Source: a virus
Lineage: Duplodnaviria; Heunggongvirae; Uroviricota; Caudoviricetes
Length of the DNA stretch: 64,000 bases
Strand: one strand, 5' to 3'
Virus record (IMG/VR): IMGVR_UViG_3300028585_000002
Location: 15,337 to 79,336 of that record
Both the position numbers and the translations under genes were made by a program. Shown here piece after piece: positions 46,826 to 56,405 of the stretch. The notes under the pieces were generated by a model that searched no databases, was not told where the DNA came from, and was given only the letters and a program-made list of their open reading frames with translations. How positions within the stretch are numbered: the stretch's first letter is position 1; each line of letters starts with the position of its first letter.

Positions 46826-47042
46826 TATGGACGACGACAAGCAGGCCCTGCGCTGCCCGAAGTGCGGCAGCGAAGGCGACTTCAAGATCGCGGCGACGGT
46901 GTGGGTGGAGGTAGCCGGCGCCGACATGCTCGACATCATCAGCGAACACGGCGATCGCGAGTACGGCAGCGAGGACGCATGCCGCTGCGGCGACTGCGGA
47001 CACCAGGCTCGCCTGGGTGACTTTCACAAGGACGAACAATGA
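46826..47042 (+). CDS. zinc-ribbon small protein
   Basis: CPKCGS...CRCGDCGH. Confidence 0.35.
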
Positions 47043-47290
47043 CCACGACAGCAACAAAGCCCGCCGACTACAAGCACGTCGCCGTGTGGGGCCGACAGAT
47101 GGGTTCGTTCGCCTACTACATCAAGAGGCAGCAGGAACTCGCCTTCGAGGCCGGCGCGCCGATCAACGCAATCTTCGAACGCTACGCCAACGACGGCAGC
47201 GGCCCGACCGGCGAATGGGCTACCGCCGACACGATCCAAGACGACGAGCGCCGCGCCCACCTCGAGGCCGAAGTGGCGAAGCTCAAATAA
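47039..47290 (+). CDS. hypothetical protein
   Basis: ATGA overlap. Confidence 0.35.
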   Translation: MTTTATKPADYKHVAVWGRQMGSFAYYIKRQQELAFEAGAPINAIFERYANDGSGPTGEWATADTIQDDERRAHLEAEVAKLK

Positions 47291-47334
47291 GGAAAGCCGT
47301 AAAACCTCAAAACTTCAAAGGAGCAAAACTGTAA

Positions 47335-47595
47335 ATGCAGACCATCGAATGTAAGCGCGTGGACCTGTGGGACGGCGGCGATCGCCACAACTTCGGGTTC
47401 CGGATCGCGGTCGACGTGCCTGACGAACTGATCAAGCGGAAGGTTCCACACTGCATGATCACGAAGGAGGTGATCACCGTGTTCAATAGCATGGAGGAGG
47501 TCGCCGAGAACAGCGTGCAGAACCTGCGCAAGTCGGCCTGGGCCAAGCTCTCGCCCCAGGAGCGCAAGGCCCTGAACCTCCAGGAGCCGAAGTAG
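47335..47595 (+). CDS. hypothetical protein
   Basis: RBS AGGAGcaaaactgtaaATG. Confidence 0.35.
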   Translation: MQTIECKRVDLWDGGDRHNFGFRIAVDVPDELIKRKVPHCMITKEVITVFNSMEEVAENSVQNLRKSAWAKLSPQERKALNLQEPK

Positions 47596-47697
47596 GAGGG
47601 CTGTCGCCTTCCGGGTTGCCTGCGCCCATCGCCTGTGTGTGGTTGAGAAAATACCAACATCAAAACAGCGCACAGCGCGAACAACCTGGAGAGCAAC

Positions 47698-48021
47698 ATG
47701 CTTTGGATCATCATGACAGACCACTCAGAGACGCAACAGCAGGGCCGAGTCAGCGCCGACACCCGAGCGCAGCAGGCAGCATGGGACGGTGCGCCAAGCG
47801 AGGCGCGCGATACCATCCGGTCGACGTGGGCCGAAATGTGCGAGACCGAATTCCGCCTGCTCGACGACGATGACCATGTCTGCTATGAAGGCGTGTGCCA
47901 TGATCTCGACAACCAGGACGGCGACAGCGCGTTCGAACCGCTGGACTGGGCCGAGGGCATTGTCGGCGCCACGACCATGGAATACCGTCTCAAGGGAGAG
48001 AGCGTATGGAAAATCCTGTGA
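47698..48021 (+). CDS. hypothetical protein
   Basis: RBS GGAGAGcaacATG. Confidence 0.35.
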   Translation: MLWIIMTDHSETQQQGRVSADTRAQQAAWDGAPSEARDTIRSTWAEMCETEFRLLDDDDHVCYEGVCHDLDNQDGDSAFEPLDWAEGIVGATTMEYRLKGESVWKIL

Positions 48022-48284
48022 TCGCCAAAGCGCCCGTCGGCATCATGGGCGAGACCCTGGCCAGGCAGTTCAAGACCGCCAAGTTCGACGACAAGATGCA
48101 CGCCGGCCGCAACCCGACGCTTCCTGCGCTGCCGACCGGACCGGTGCGCCTGCTCTTTCGCGGGATGGTCTCCAACGCGGTGCGCGGGCGGATCGAGGCA
48201 GTGTTCTCCTGTTACGCCTCGAGCGAGGAGAGCAGCTTCATCGGGCACTACTACTCCGACGCCCTGAAGGACTTCACGCTGTGA
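48006..48284 (+). CDS. hypothetical protein
   Basis: ORF-track ORF. Confidence 0.3.
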   Translation: MENPVIAKAPVGIMGETLARQFKTAKFDDKMHAGRNPTLPALPTGPVRLLFRGMVSNAVRGRIEAVFSCYASSEESSFIGHYYSDALKDFTL

Positions 48285-48664
48285 GCGCCGTCTTCGACAT
48301 CACCGATGAAATGGTGCGCCAGGCGATCGCCCTGCCCGACCCTGTTCAGGCCATCTTGAGCCTCATGGACCGGGTTGGTATGCGGGAGAGCCACTTTGAG
48401 ATCGACGCAGCCCAGCAGGATGCATGGGTGATCAGCGGGCCTCACGCGCGCATGGCGATACTGGTCTACTGGCGCACATTGGAGCAGCTACGCGAGCCTG
48501 AGCTGTGTTTCTAGGCTGACAACGATACGATTTCCAAAGCAGACTGTGCGTCGTGGTAATTGCCGCACTGCCGGCTGCTTCGTTTGGAGCAGTGGCCCTG
48601 ACGAACTTCCGCTTTCAGCCAAGAGCGGTAGTTCGCTCAGTCGGCAGCTGCTATTCCGATCTAA

Positions 48665-49156
48665 TCACTGAATAACGAATTTATTATCAACCAGTTTCAA
48701 AGTGTATTTGACTGATTTTGTTGGGCGGTGCGGCTCATCCTTGGGACCATAAGATATTCCTGTGAGCAAAAGCAGCCCCGTTTTAGTTGCCGTCATAGTC
48801 GTCAAAGCAACCATCTTTAATTCCGGAAATTTGTAGTCGATAACTACTGGATCAGCAGCAGGAGACCCAGCTTTTTCAACCACTGTGAAATTCGGCCCTA
48901 TCGTCCCGTTTCCTCCCGCACACCCGAGATCACCCTGCCAGAACACAACAAATTTCGCACCTAATCCATTCAATTCAGCGTCGCCTTTGTCAATGCGTAC
49001 AGCCTTGTACTGGGTAGGCTGGTCAGCGTTGTCTTCGAGCTGACACGCCACAGTTTCACTATATTTTTTCGCTAAGGCAGCAGCAGAGCGTTCATCCAAG
49101 GCATAAGCACTATAGGACATCGCAAAAAGGGTAACGCTAAGACATATGTTTTTCAT
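48665..49156 (-). CDS. secreted protein of unknown function (Sec signal peptide), in a low-GC island
   Basis: MKNICLSVTLFAMSYSAYA signal peptide; local GC about 45%; only minus-strand gene between 42.5 and 54.4 kb. Confidence 0.5.
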   Translation of the reverse strand: MKNICLSVTLFAMSYSAYALDERSAAALAKKYSETVACQLEDNADQPTQYKAVRIDKGDAELNGLGAKFVVFWQGDLGCAGGNGTIGPNFTVVEKAGSPAADPVVIDYKFPELKMVALTTMTATKTGLLLLTGISYGPKDEPHRPTKSVKYTLKLVDNKFVIQ

Positions 49157-49683
49157 AATATTTCTCGACCGGCTGATAAAGCTGAACACTGTAGTCCAAA
49201 TTTCCGTACGGAAACAGTAAATTCATGGAAGTGTTGCAATTTAGCAGTCCACTAAATTTCTACGACGCAGTGGTGGCTAATGACGGCACCGTGTCGCGGC
49301 CCTTCCCAGAATGCTCGTACAGCGTCCGGCGCCACTACTTCACGCGCCCAACTTCCTCGCAACCGACAAACAAAACAGGCCACTCACGCCTGTTTTCGTG
49401 TGAGATTTATCAGCCTTGGAAAAGATCAATTAAATCAATGGGTTACGCCAACACCAGTGCAGAGAAGTTGCTTGCCAAACGCTGGTCTCCTGGTGGGGCA
49501 GGTCAGCACAGAATACCCGCTCATCAATAGCGTCAGGCAAGGGCACCAGATCGACGTACACGCCCTTGGAATGACCTCGTCGATACCGTCGCACCACCCG
49601 AAACCCCGACGCCCTAGAAGCCCGATTTTGACCCCGGCATGCATAAGTGATCCTGGCCCGATCCGCGGTATTATTGCGATAAT

Positions 49684-49702
49684 CAGTCATCGGTGACATA
49701 TC
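49684..49702 (+). promoter_or_regulatory. Motif copy CAGTCATcggTGACATATC upstream of ORF 49719
   Basis: Read directly from the sequence. Confidence 0.35.
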
Positions 49703-49718
49703 AAGCAAGGAGCGAACA

Positions 49719-50063
49719 ATGGAACACAATCAGGGAACAACCATGCGCATTCATGGAGTGACGTGCCGACCAGCCGGGAAATTAGACATCGCGCTGTACC
49801 AGGACGTGACGCGCCCGGCAGTGGAGTGGGCGAACGAGAACCTGACGAAGGAGATGATCGACGAAGCACGCCCGCCGGTCGAGCTGATCACCCTGACGAA
49901 GAAGGCAAAGGCAGAGCTGGAGCGCCTGGGCTTCATGTACACGCCGATCGGGTTGTTTGTCCGCGATGAACCGGACATCTTGAAAGACAGTGACGAACAG
50001 CTCATCGCGGACGGGAAGAACAAAGCCGAGATCGTACTGGCTCGGATCATGCAGATGAAGTAG
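49719..50063 (+). CDS. hypothetical protein
   Basis: RBS AAGGAGcgaacaATG. Confidence 0.4.
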   Translation: MEHNQGTTMRIHGVTCRPAGKLDIALYQDVTRPAVEWANENLTKEMIDEARPPVELITLTKKAKAELERLGFMYTPIGLFVRDEPDILKDSDEQLIADGKNKAEIVLARIMQMK

Positions 50064-50272
50064 CACCGGCGCTCCGTGCGGGGTAAAGGCGCCTCACAAA
50101 AGTCAGTGGACAAGAACACGCCTGCTGGCGCACCAGGATTATAGCGCTGACAAGACTTATCACCGCCGGCACTCCCCTAAAGTATTTAAGTATTTAAGGG
50201 TTTAAGTTTTTACAGGTATGAAATACCTATAGAAAGGGGTGGACAGCCCCAAGCTCCAAGAGGAACACCGGA

Positions 50273-50752
50273 ATGGCCAAGAAAGCACCCATCCACTACA
50301 TCGCATTCCCGGACAAGAGCTGGATCGACGCCGAGGGATATGCCAACTACCCAAGCGAGCACCGGATCAAACTAGACGGCTGCGCCTGCATGCTCGAGAA
50401 GGACTTCAAGAGCGGCGCCTACCGGGACAACAAGTTCTGGAACCCGACACAGATCGGAAAGAGGATCAGCCTTCCGAAGATGCACTTCATCGTATGGAGA
50501 GTGAAGTACCAGACCGGCAGGACATCGGTAGCGGCCCAGGACAAGGACCAGTTCACGGCGTACCTCAAGAACGACCCTACCCACTTCGAAGGCGCGGCCT
50601 GTGTGCGAGCAGTGTCGATCGGACAGGCGGAAGCAATCGCCCAGCAGGACAGCGTCTGGAACCCGGTAGACGAACAGATCATCGAGCAGGCCCAGAAGAA
50701 GAGCAGGCAAGAGAGAGCCGCAAGGCGCAGTCACTACCCGGAAGTCTGGTGA
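50273..50752 (+). CDS. hypothetical protein
   Basis: RBS AGAGGAAcaccggaATG. Confidence 0.4.
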   Translation: MAKKAPIHYIAFPDKSWIDAEGYANYPSEHRIKLDGCACMLEKDFKSGAYRDNKFWNPTQIGKRISLPKMHFIVWRVKYQTGRTSVAAQDKDQFTAYLKNDPTHFEGAACVRAVSIGQAEAIAQQDSVWNPVDEQIIEQAQKKSRQERAARRSHYPEVW

Positions 50753-51155
50753 AACCGTATAGACACAAACAAGGCAATGCGGAATACCTCAAATACGGAA
50801 ATCTGCAAATCCTCAAAACCGTATAAAGGAAAGACATCGGAGACAAACAAGACGAGGAACAACGGAAAGACGAACAACCGGGAGGGAGAAGACGACACCT
50901 ATGCCTACGATCACATAGACATAGATGCCTGTAGGAAGTGAGCCTGACACACGTCACACAACACGTCGGACATCACAGAGCGGCACATGTAAGTTTTGCG
51001 TGGCTACGTATAGCACTCATCAATCCACGCCATTCCCCGGCAATCCTCATACCGCAGGCCTGATACCACGGCGCCAGGCCGCTCCCATAGAGGAAACGAC
51101 CAGGCCAGGCGACCTCCAGGCCATCGAACCGGCCACCAGGAGCAGGCCTGGCTCG

Positions 51156-51250
51156 TATAAGGGCGTCGCCAAGGATCTATAAGGGCACCTTACACATCGG
51201 ATCGAAATGTATAAGGTCGCATCCTGACTATACCCCGGAAATCTATAAGG
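51156..51250. repeat. Four direct copies of (C/T)NTATAAGG(G/T)C at 51156, 51178, 51210 and 51244 inside a 630-bp noncoding region
   Basis: Read directly; related TATAAAGG at 50822. Confidence 0.5.
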
Positions 51251-51387
51251 TCGAGGTTCTGCCACGGAGAAAACGATCTTTTGGATCGCCTTGGCCGCCC
51301 GACCAGGAGAGCTGCACCGAGCCACACGCACGCCTGACCTGGCTCTCTACCATACACATATCGACAACACAGCACAGGGAGCAAATC

Positions 51388-51723
51388 ATGATCACGCAAG
51401 CGCAGAAAGAGGTCTTACAGGTGGCCGGTTACTCGGTCGAAGACATGGGCGCTGAATGGGGCAAGGACTTCGCAGGGCAGTACCGCTGGATGAACGACAC
51501 GCACGAGCCAGGAGGCGGTGACGGGTTCGGCGTGATCCAGTACAGCATCGAGGCGGCATGGGACGACGCGCTGCAGTTCCAGGAGCAGGCTCTGGGCATC
51601 CCGGTGTTCGTGCCCGAGGACGACTGCATCAACGGCATTCACTCCTGGACGAGCGAAGTGGGCCTGCTGCCACCTGAGACCAAGTGCGCCTACTGCAACG
51701 AGCTGTACGGCCACCCGGACTGA
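51388..51723 (+). CDS. hypothetical protein
   Basis: RBS GGGAGcaaatcATG. Confidence 0.4.
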   Translation: MITQAQKEVLQVAGYSVEDMGAEWGKDFAGQYRWMNDTHEPGGGDGFGVIQYSIEAAWDDALQFQEQALGIPVFVPEDDCINGIHSWTSEVGLLPPETKCAYCNELYGHPD

Positions 51724-52200
51724 TCGCCAGCACCAGGCGCGCGCTGTGCAGGACCGGCAGCGGCGCCGAAGGGCTATTCCGGCTTTCACGCAAGACGTGA
51801 GCTTCGGCGACGGTCTATTCCGGATGCATCGTGCGCGCACGCCGCCGCAGGCGCTCCGGTCTGGCCCAGGATCTTCCAAGGATCCGCCTGGCCAGCGCCG
51901 ACCACCTCCCAGGCGACGCCTCGGCAGCTGCAGGCAACCTGGTCGGCGAGATGCACCGGTCCGGTCACACGCCTGCATGTGACCGTCATACTGCTAACTC
52001 ACCACTGACTTAAAGGGCAGCACCATGAGCACCACCATCAATTTCGTCGACTACGAAGAAGGAACCGACGAGTTCAACACGCAGATCATGCATGAGGGCG
52101 TCGAGATCGCAGCGATGATCCCCGCCTGCTTGATCCCGAAGCTGACCGGCGAGAGCGGTGAGCCTACCGAGTTCATCGGGCGCACGTTCCTGGTGTAAGG

Positions 52201-52335
52201 GCAGGGTGGGCAGGCGCCCACCAGGCCGCAGGCCACCTTCAGGCCTAGGCAAGTCCGACAGGCCATCAGGCTGCAGGCCGGCAGCAGGCCAGGCCAAGGC
52301 GTATCCGAGGCCACCAGGCCAGGCGAGCGGACCGC
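52201..52335. repeat. Degenerate microsatellite-like array of about 15 CAGGCC / CCAGGCC units
   Basis: Read directly; a similar short array lies at 51095-51150. Confidence 0.45.
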
Positions 52336-52450
52336 CCTGAAGGCGAACATCACAGCGCCACCCAGCGCCAGCCACATGCCTGTTTCTGGTTGAGAACATG
52401 ACGTTACTGCAGCACGACGCAGCAGCGACCAACCTCACAGAGAGAGCATC

Positions 52451-52642
52451 ATGAACGTCACCATCGCCGCCATCGCCCGCAACCTGAACCAGCGCACCGC
52501 CCGCGCATCGGCAGCGTTATTACCCTTTGCGATCACCTCGCACCTGGTCCTGGACAACGACACCGGCGCCGTCGTCGGCACGCAGCGCAGCATGACGGTC
52601 AAGGGCCGCCTGTTCAACACCTCGATCACGCCAGTGCAGTAA
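52451..52642 (+). CDS. hypothetical small protein
   Basis: RBS GAGAGAGcatcATG; weak. Confidence 0.25.
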   Translation: MNVTIAAIARNLNQRTARASAALLPFAITSHLVLDNDTGAVVGTQRSMTVKGRLFNTSITPVQ

Positions 52643-53035
52643 TGAGCGCCGACCTGATCACCCAGTACCGGGCCAAGCTGCGACGCATGGGACGCTGGAT
52701 GCGACCACGCTACCTGCGCAATCAGGGCGTCGCCTTCAATGACGCCTACTTCATCATCTTCGGGCGCGCGCCACGCTTATAGCGACGCTGCCTGACCGAG
52801 CACACAAGAGGGCGCCTGCGGGCGTCCTTTCTCTTGCGCCACACCTTGCCGAGGATGCGCCAAGGCGACGCCGTGGACCAGCGCCAGCACGCCCACCACG
52901 AGAGCAGGACGGCACCAGGGGCGCCAGCTTCGGCGACGGTATTTTGGCGTTTTCTTTGCTCGCCAGCTTCGGCGACGAAACTTTGGGGCTTTCTCCGGGT
53001 TCGCTCGCCGAGGATGCGCCGGGCCGCCTGTCCGG

Positions 53036-53105
53036 CCCAGGAATGCGCCTGCACCTCGCCATGGCGAAAACCGACCCAGGAATGCGCCTGCATCCCGCCA
53101 TGGCG
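53036..53105. repeat. Tandem ~31-bp repeat CCCAGGAATGCGCCTGCA(C/T)C(T/C)CGCCATGGCG x2
   Basis: Read directly; the same region has GAGGATGCGCC x2 and CAGCTTCGGCGACG x2 (a third copy is at 51797). Confidence 0.6.
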
Positions 53106-53225
53106 CAACTGAATAACTGTGCAGGCGGGCGCGCACGCGACTACAGGTCCGATCAGGGTCCGTCAAGCGATCCGCTGGAATACAACACAAAATCTCACGC
53201 AAAAATAATTCACGCAAACCCTTGT

Positions 53226-53250
53226 TAAGTCAGTCGTGACTGACTATAAT
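53226..53250 (+). promoter_or_regulatory. Recurrent cassette TAAGTCAGtcgTGACTGACTATAAT upstream of the AT-rich gene (about 150-nt leader)
   Basis: Read directly from the sequence. Confidence 0.55.
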
Positions 53251-53398
53251 TACTACATCGAATCACACAACGCTGATTCAAAAGCAGGTAGCAGCAAAGC
53301 TCTTTAACAATTTAGCGTGTCAAGTAATAGGGCAAAGTCCCGCAGATGAAACGACACAAAACACAATTTCAATTCACTACATATTAAGAGGTTACAAA

Positions 53399-54070
53399 AT
53401 GGGTAAAGCAATGAAAGCATCGACGATCGTCAACAAACTCGCAGCGTCGGTATCGAACCGGGTTCAATTATTAGTTGACGCGGGCGAACACGTCGCAAGC
53501 GAATTCAAAAAGATCAACGAACTGTATCAAGCTGATGGTAAGCATCGCGGTTCGTTTGAACGTGCAGTCGAAACGGTGAAAGATCAGATTGATTTTGATC
53601 TCTTACTGAAAATCATCGGTAAAGCAAAGCAAGATGGTGCGAACGATAGCAACTACGTGCAAGCGAAAGTGATCGAGAAAATCAACAAACTGATTTTCGC
53701 ACTTGCGAATAAAGACCTGCGTGCTACCGATAACCATACTCGCTCGCTCATGGTCAATGCGATGCTGAACGGGAAACTGTCGAGCAAAGCAGCGTTTGCA
53801 ACGCTGGTTAAGGTCGAATGGGGTGACGAAATCAGCGAAATGCTGCGCGAGCGTAACAACTACACAGCAGGGACGGGCAGCACGCAACTGTCGAGCACGA
53901 AAGAAACAATGCGCATTCTCGGTCTGAGCGCTAACGCGAAGGGCACGAAAAACGCTGATTTTACTTTCACCGAAGAAGGGCAAGCGCTGTTCTGTGAGCG
54001 CTTCGAAAAGATCGCAGCGCTTGTGCAAAGCGCTGAACAGATCGAAGAAGAACTGAGCACTGAAGAATAA
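53399..54070 (+). CDS. hypothetical protein encoded by an atypical low-GC (about 48%) gene with AAA/GAA-biased codon usage
   Basis: RBS AAGAGGttacaaaATG; codon usage differs sharply from flanking genes (Lys AAA, Glu GAA rather than AAG/GAG); stop TAA is part of a motif copy, followed by a hairpin. Confidence 0.55.
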   Translation: MGKAMKASTIVNKLAASVSNRVQLLVDAGEHVASEFKKINELYQADGKHRGSFERAVETVKDQIDFDLLLKIIGKAKQDGANDSNYVQAKVIEKINKLIFALANKDLRATDNHTRSLMVNAMLNGKLSSKAAFATLVKVEWGDEISEMLRERNNYTAGTGSTQLSSTKETMRILGLSANAKGTKNADFTFTEEGQALFCERFEKIAALVQSAEQIEEELSTEE

Positions 54071-54084
54071 GTCACAAGTGAGTT

Positions 54085-54106
54085 AGCAAGGGCAAGCGCC
54101 CTTGCT
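54085..54106 (+). terminator. Hairpin AGCAAGGGCaagcGCCCTTGCT after the AT-rich gene
   Basis: Perfect 9-bp stem; weak U-tract. Confidence 0.45.
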
Positions 54107-54456
54107 ACTCTCAACATACAAGGGCATGACATGCAAAGCGAATATCTGAAGCAAGAGAGAGCGGGCAAGGGTAGCGCGCTTATGGTCGCACTAGCACTAG
54201 GGTTCTGTGCGCTTGATGTCGCATTGATTGCGCGCTACCTGTAAAAGATAGTCGGGCGCGCGTCGAGCGCCCAAAGGTCGAAGTCCTAGAAAAAACGTCG
54301 ACCCTCGTAGGCCCTGCCTTCCTCAACTTCCGGGTCGGAACACCCCTTCCTTATATTTCCGGGGCCGGCCGAAACGTCCTATCCTTATACTTCCCCGCCA
54401 ATGGCCCCGGCACCCAATTCCCCAAGTCCCGGCGTCCCAATTCCCCTATCCCCGAT

Positions 54457-54873
54457 TCAAACGTTGCATTCCCGGCTGCCGGCGAGCCAGCGCTGGACCC
54501 CGGCCGCATACCTGGCAGCAGGCTGGGCAGTCGAAATGAGCACTTCCGTGGATTGCTCGCCCTGCGCCTTCAGGTCGATGACCGTCAGGGTCTGGGCGCC
54601 CAGACCGCCATGGAGCGTGGTGGTGATCGTGCCCGACTGGAGGTCCGTGAACAGATCGCCCTGGACGACCGACGACGCCGTGATCATGCCCGCCTGCTCG
54701 CAAGCTCGCTGGCGTTCCAGGATCGCGCGATAGGCAGCCTGGTAGTTCTGGGGCAGGGTGAACGACGCTTTGTGATCTGGCGACGTGTTGCGCAGCTCTG
54801 TGGGCGTCACCGCGCAGCCAGTGAGCGATACGAGCAGACCCGCGAGGGTGAGGTACATGGACTTCTTGAGCAT
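54457..54873 (-). CDS. lipoprotein of unknown function
   Basis: MLKKSMYLTLAGLLVSLTGC lipobox; RBS GGAGAAcatccgATG on the minus strand. Confidence 0.45.
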   Translation of the reverse strand: MLKKSMYLTLAGLLVSLTGCAVTPTELRNTSPDHKASFTLPQNYQAAYRAILERQRACEQAGMITASSVVQGDLFTDLQSGTITTTLHGGLGAQTLTVIDLKAQGEQSTEVLISTAQPAARYAAGVQRWLAGSRECNV

Positions 54874-55017
54874 CGGATGTTCTCCGTGTAGTTGATGCGA
54901 GATTCTACCTTGCCGAGCAGCAAGAACAAAGGCGCCAGCCCTTGCCAAACCGGCAAAACTCAAATACGATTCGCCTTATTACCGGATTACCGTAAATCCG
55001 CTTTTGAGGAGACCCTG

Positions 55018-55650
55018 TTGAAAGTCATCGCATTCCTGAATCAGAAGGGCGGCGTCGGAAAGACCACGCTGGCCGTTGGCATTGCCACCTTCCTCTCCCG
55101 CCTGGGCCACCGCGTTCTGCTCATCGACGCCGACCCCCAAGGCAGTGCCCTGGACTGGGCGGCTGCGCGCGCTGGCGATCCCATGTTCCCAGTAGTGGGT
55201 CTGCCGCGCGCGACCATCCACCGTGAGATTGACCAGATCGGCGCCGACTACGACTACGTGGTCATTGACGGCCCGCCGCGCGTGACGGACCTGGCCCGCA
55301 GCGCCATCATGGCCGCCCACCTGGTCGTGGTGCCGGTACAGCCTTCGCCGTACGACGTGTGGGCCGCCGAGGAGATCATCAAGCTGATCGAGGAAGCGCG
55401 CATCTACAAGGAAAGCCTCAAAGCTGTGTTTGTGGTGAATCGCAAAATCGCAAATACGGCGATCGGTCGGGACGTGGGGGAGATTTTGAACCAGTACGCA
55501 CTGCCAACCCTGGCCGCGACAGTCACCCAGCGCGTCATCTTTGCCGAGGCAGCTGCGGAGGGCAAGGCGGTCTTTGAGATCGACCCGGAAGGTCCGGCAA
55601 CCCTGGAGATGGCCGAGCTGACGGCCGAGATCGAGAAGGTGCTGGGATGA
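55018..55650 (+). CDS. parA: ParA/ParF-type partition ATPase (small type Ib ParA)
   Basis: Deviant Walker A NQKGGVGKTT; LLIDADPQGS; ~210 aa. TTG start after GAGGAG (only in-frame ATG is far upstream at 54892). Upstream TTACCGgaTTACCG repeats. Confidence 0.75.
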   Translation: MKVIAFLNQKGGVGKTTLAVGIATFLSRLGHRVLLIDADPQGSALDWAAARAGDPMFPVVGLPRATIHREIDQIGADYDYVVIDGPPRVTDLARSAIMAAHLVVVPVQPSPYDVWAAEEIIKLIEEARIYKESLKAVFVVNRKIANTAIGRDVGEILNQYALPTLAATVTQRVIFAEAAAEGKAVFEIDPEGPATLEMAELTAEIEKVLG

Positions 55651-55928
55651 ACAAGAAGATCCAATTTGGCCCTCGACCAGGGCACGGCGCGGCCCCTGCG
55701 CCAGACCCGGAAGCGTGGATCCGGGACCGGGGTGGCGTCGACGAAGCTGCAGCGCCGGCACCGGCGCCAGAACCTGAAGCGCCTGCTGAGCCGACCAAGC
55801 GCTTGACGTTCGACATCCCGGCGAGCCTGCACGCCGCGGTCAAGTCGACTTGCGCCATGGAGGGTCGGAAGATGAACGAGGAGATCATCAAGCTGCTCGA
55901 GGCCCGGTTCAGGCCAAAGCAGTCGTGA
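55647..55928 (+). CDS. ParG-like ribbon-helix-helix partition protein (centromere-binding partner of ParA)
   Basis: ATGA overlap with parA; Pro/Ala-rich flexible N-terminus; C-terminal KRLTFDIPASLHAAVKSTCAMEGRKMNEEIIKLLE RHH-like. Confidence 0.45.
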   Translation: MNKKIQFGPRPGHGAAPAPDPEAWIRDRGGVDEAAAPAPAPEPEAPAEPTKRLTFDIPASLHAAVKSTCAMEGRKMNEEIIKLLEARFRPKQS

Positions 55929-55963
55929 TATGCTCTAGTTAATACTTTCACAAGGAGATTGTC

Positions 55964-56386
55964 GTGAGCGGACACTACAAGGAAGCGCTGGGCTGGATCA
56001 AGAAGAACCCCGGCACCGGCGGCGCCGGCAGTCTGGCCAAGATGGTTTTGTCGCTCTACAACAGCGAGTGCGGCTTCGCCTTCAGCGAGTGCGTCGGCAA
56101 TCTCGACGGCAATCTCACCGCCCTATGCATCAAAATGTGCGAAGACTACTCGCGCGATGGCGAGACCGAGGAGCTACGTCAGGTGGGCAAGGAGCTGGCC
56201 GATAGCCTGTACCCGCGCCTGTGGGAGCAGGGAGAGGCCATGAACAGGGCGCGGCAGCAGCTGCAGGCGAGGTGGGATGGCGAGCGGAGTCGTCAGCTGG
56301 AGGAAGAACGGGAAGAAAATCGCGCAGACGACAAGATCATCGAACAGCACGACATTCTTCGTGGAACCTACCGCGGACCTTACTGA
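55964..56386 (+). CDS. hypothetical protein (GTG start)
   Basis: RBS GGAGAttgtcGTG. Confidence 0.35.
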   Translation: MSGHYKEALGWIKKNPGTGGAGSLAKMVLSLYNSECGFAFSECVGNLDGNLTALCIKMCEDYSRDGETEELRQVGKELADSLYPRLWEQGEAMNRARQQLQARWDGERSRQLEEEREENRADDKIIEQHDILRGTYRGPY

Positions 56387-56405
56387 TGAACCGAGCGCTG
56401 GCCCC

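Noticed and set aside
51724-53398. Retron or other RT-associated ncRNA locus, considered because of the inverted and direct repeats
   Set aside because: No reverse transcriptase or any recognisable partner gene nearby. Retained only as unexplained structured noncoding DNA.
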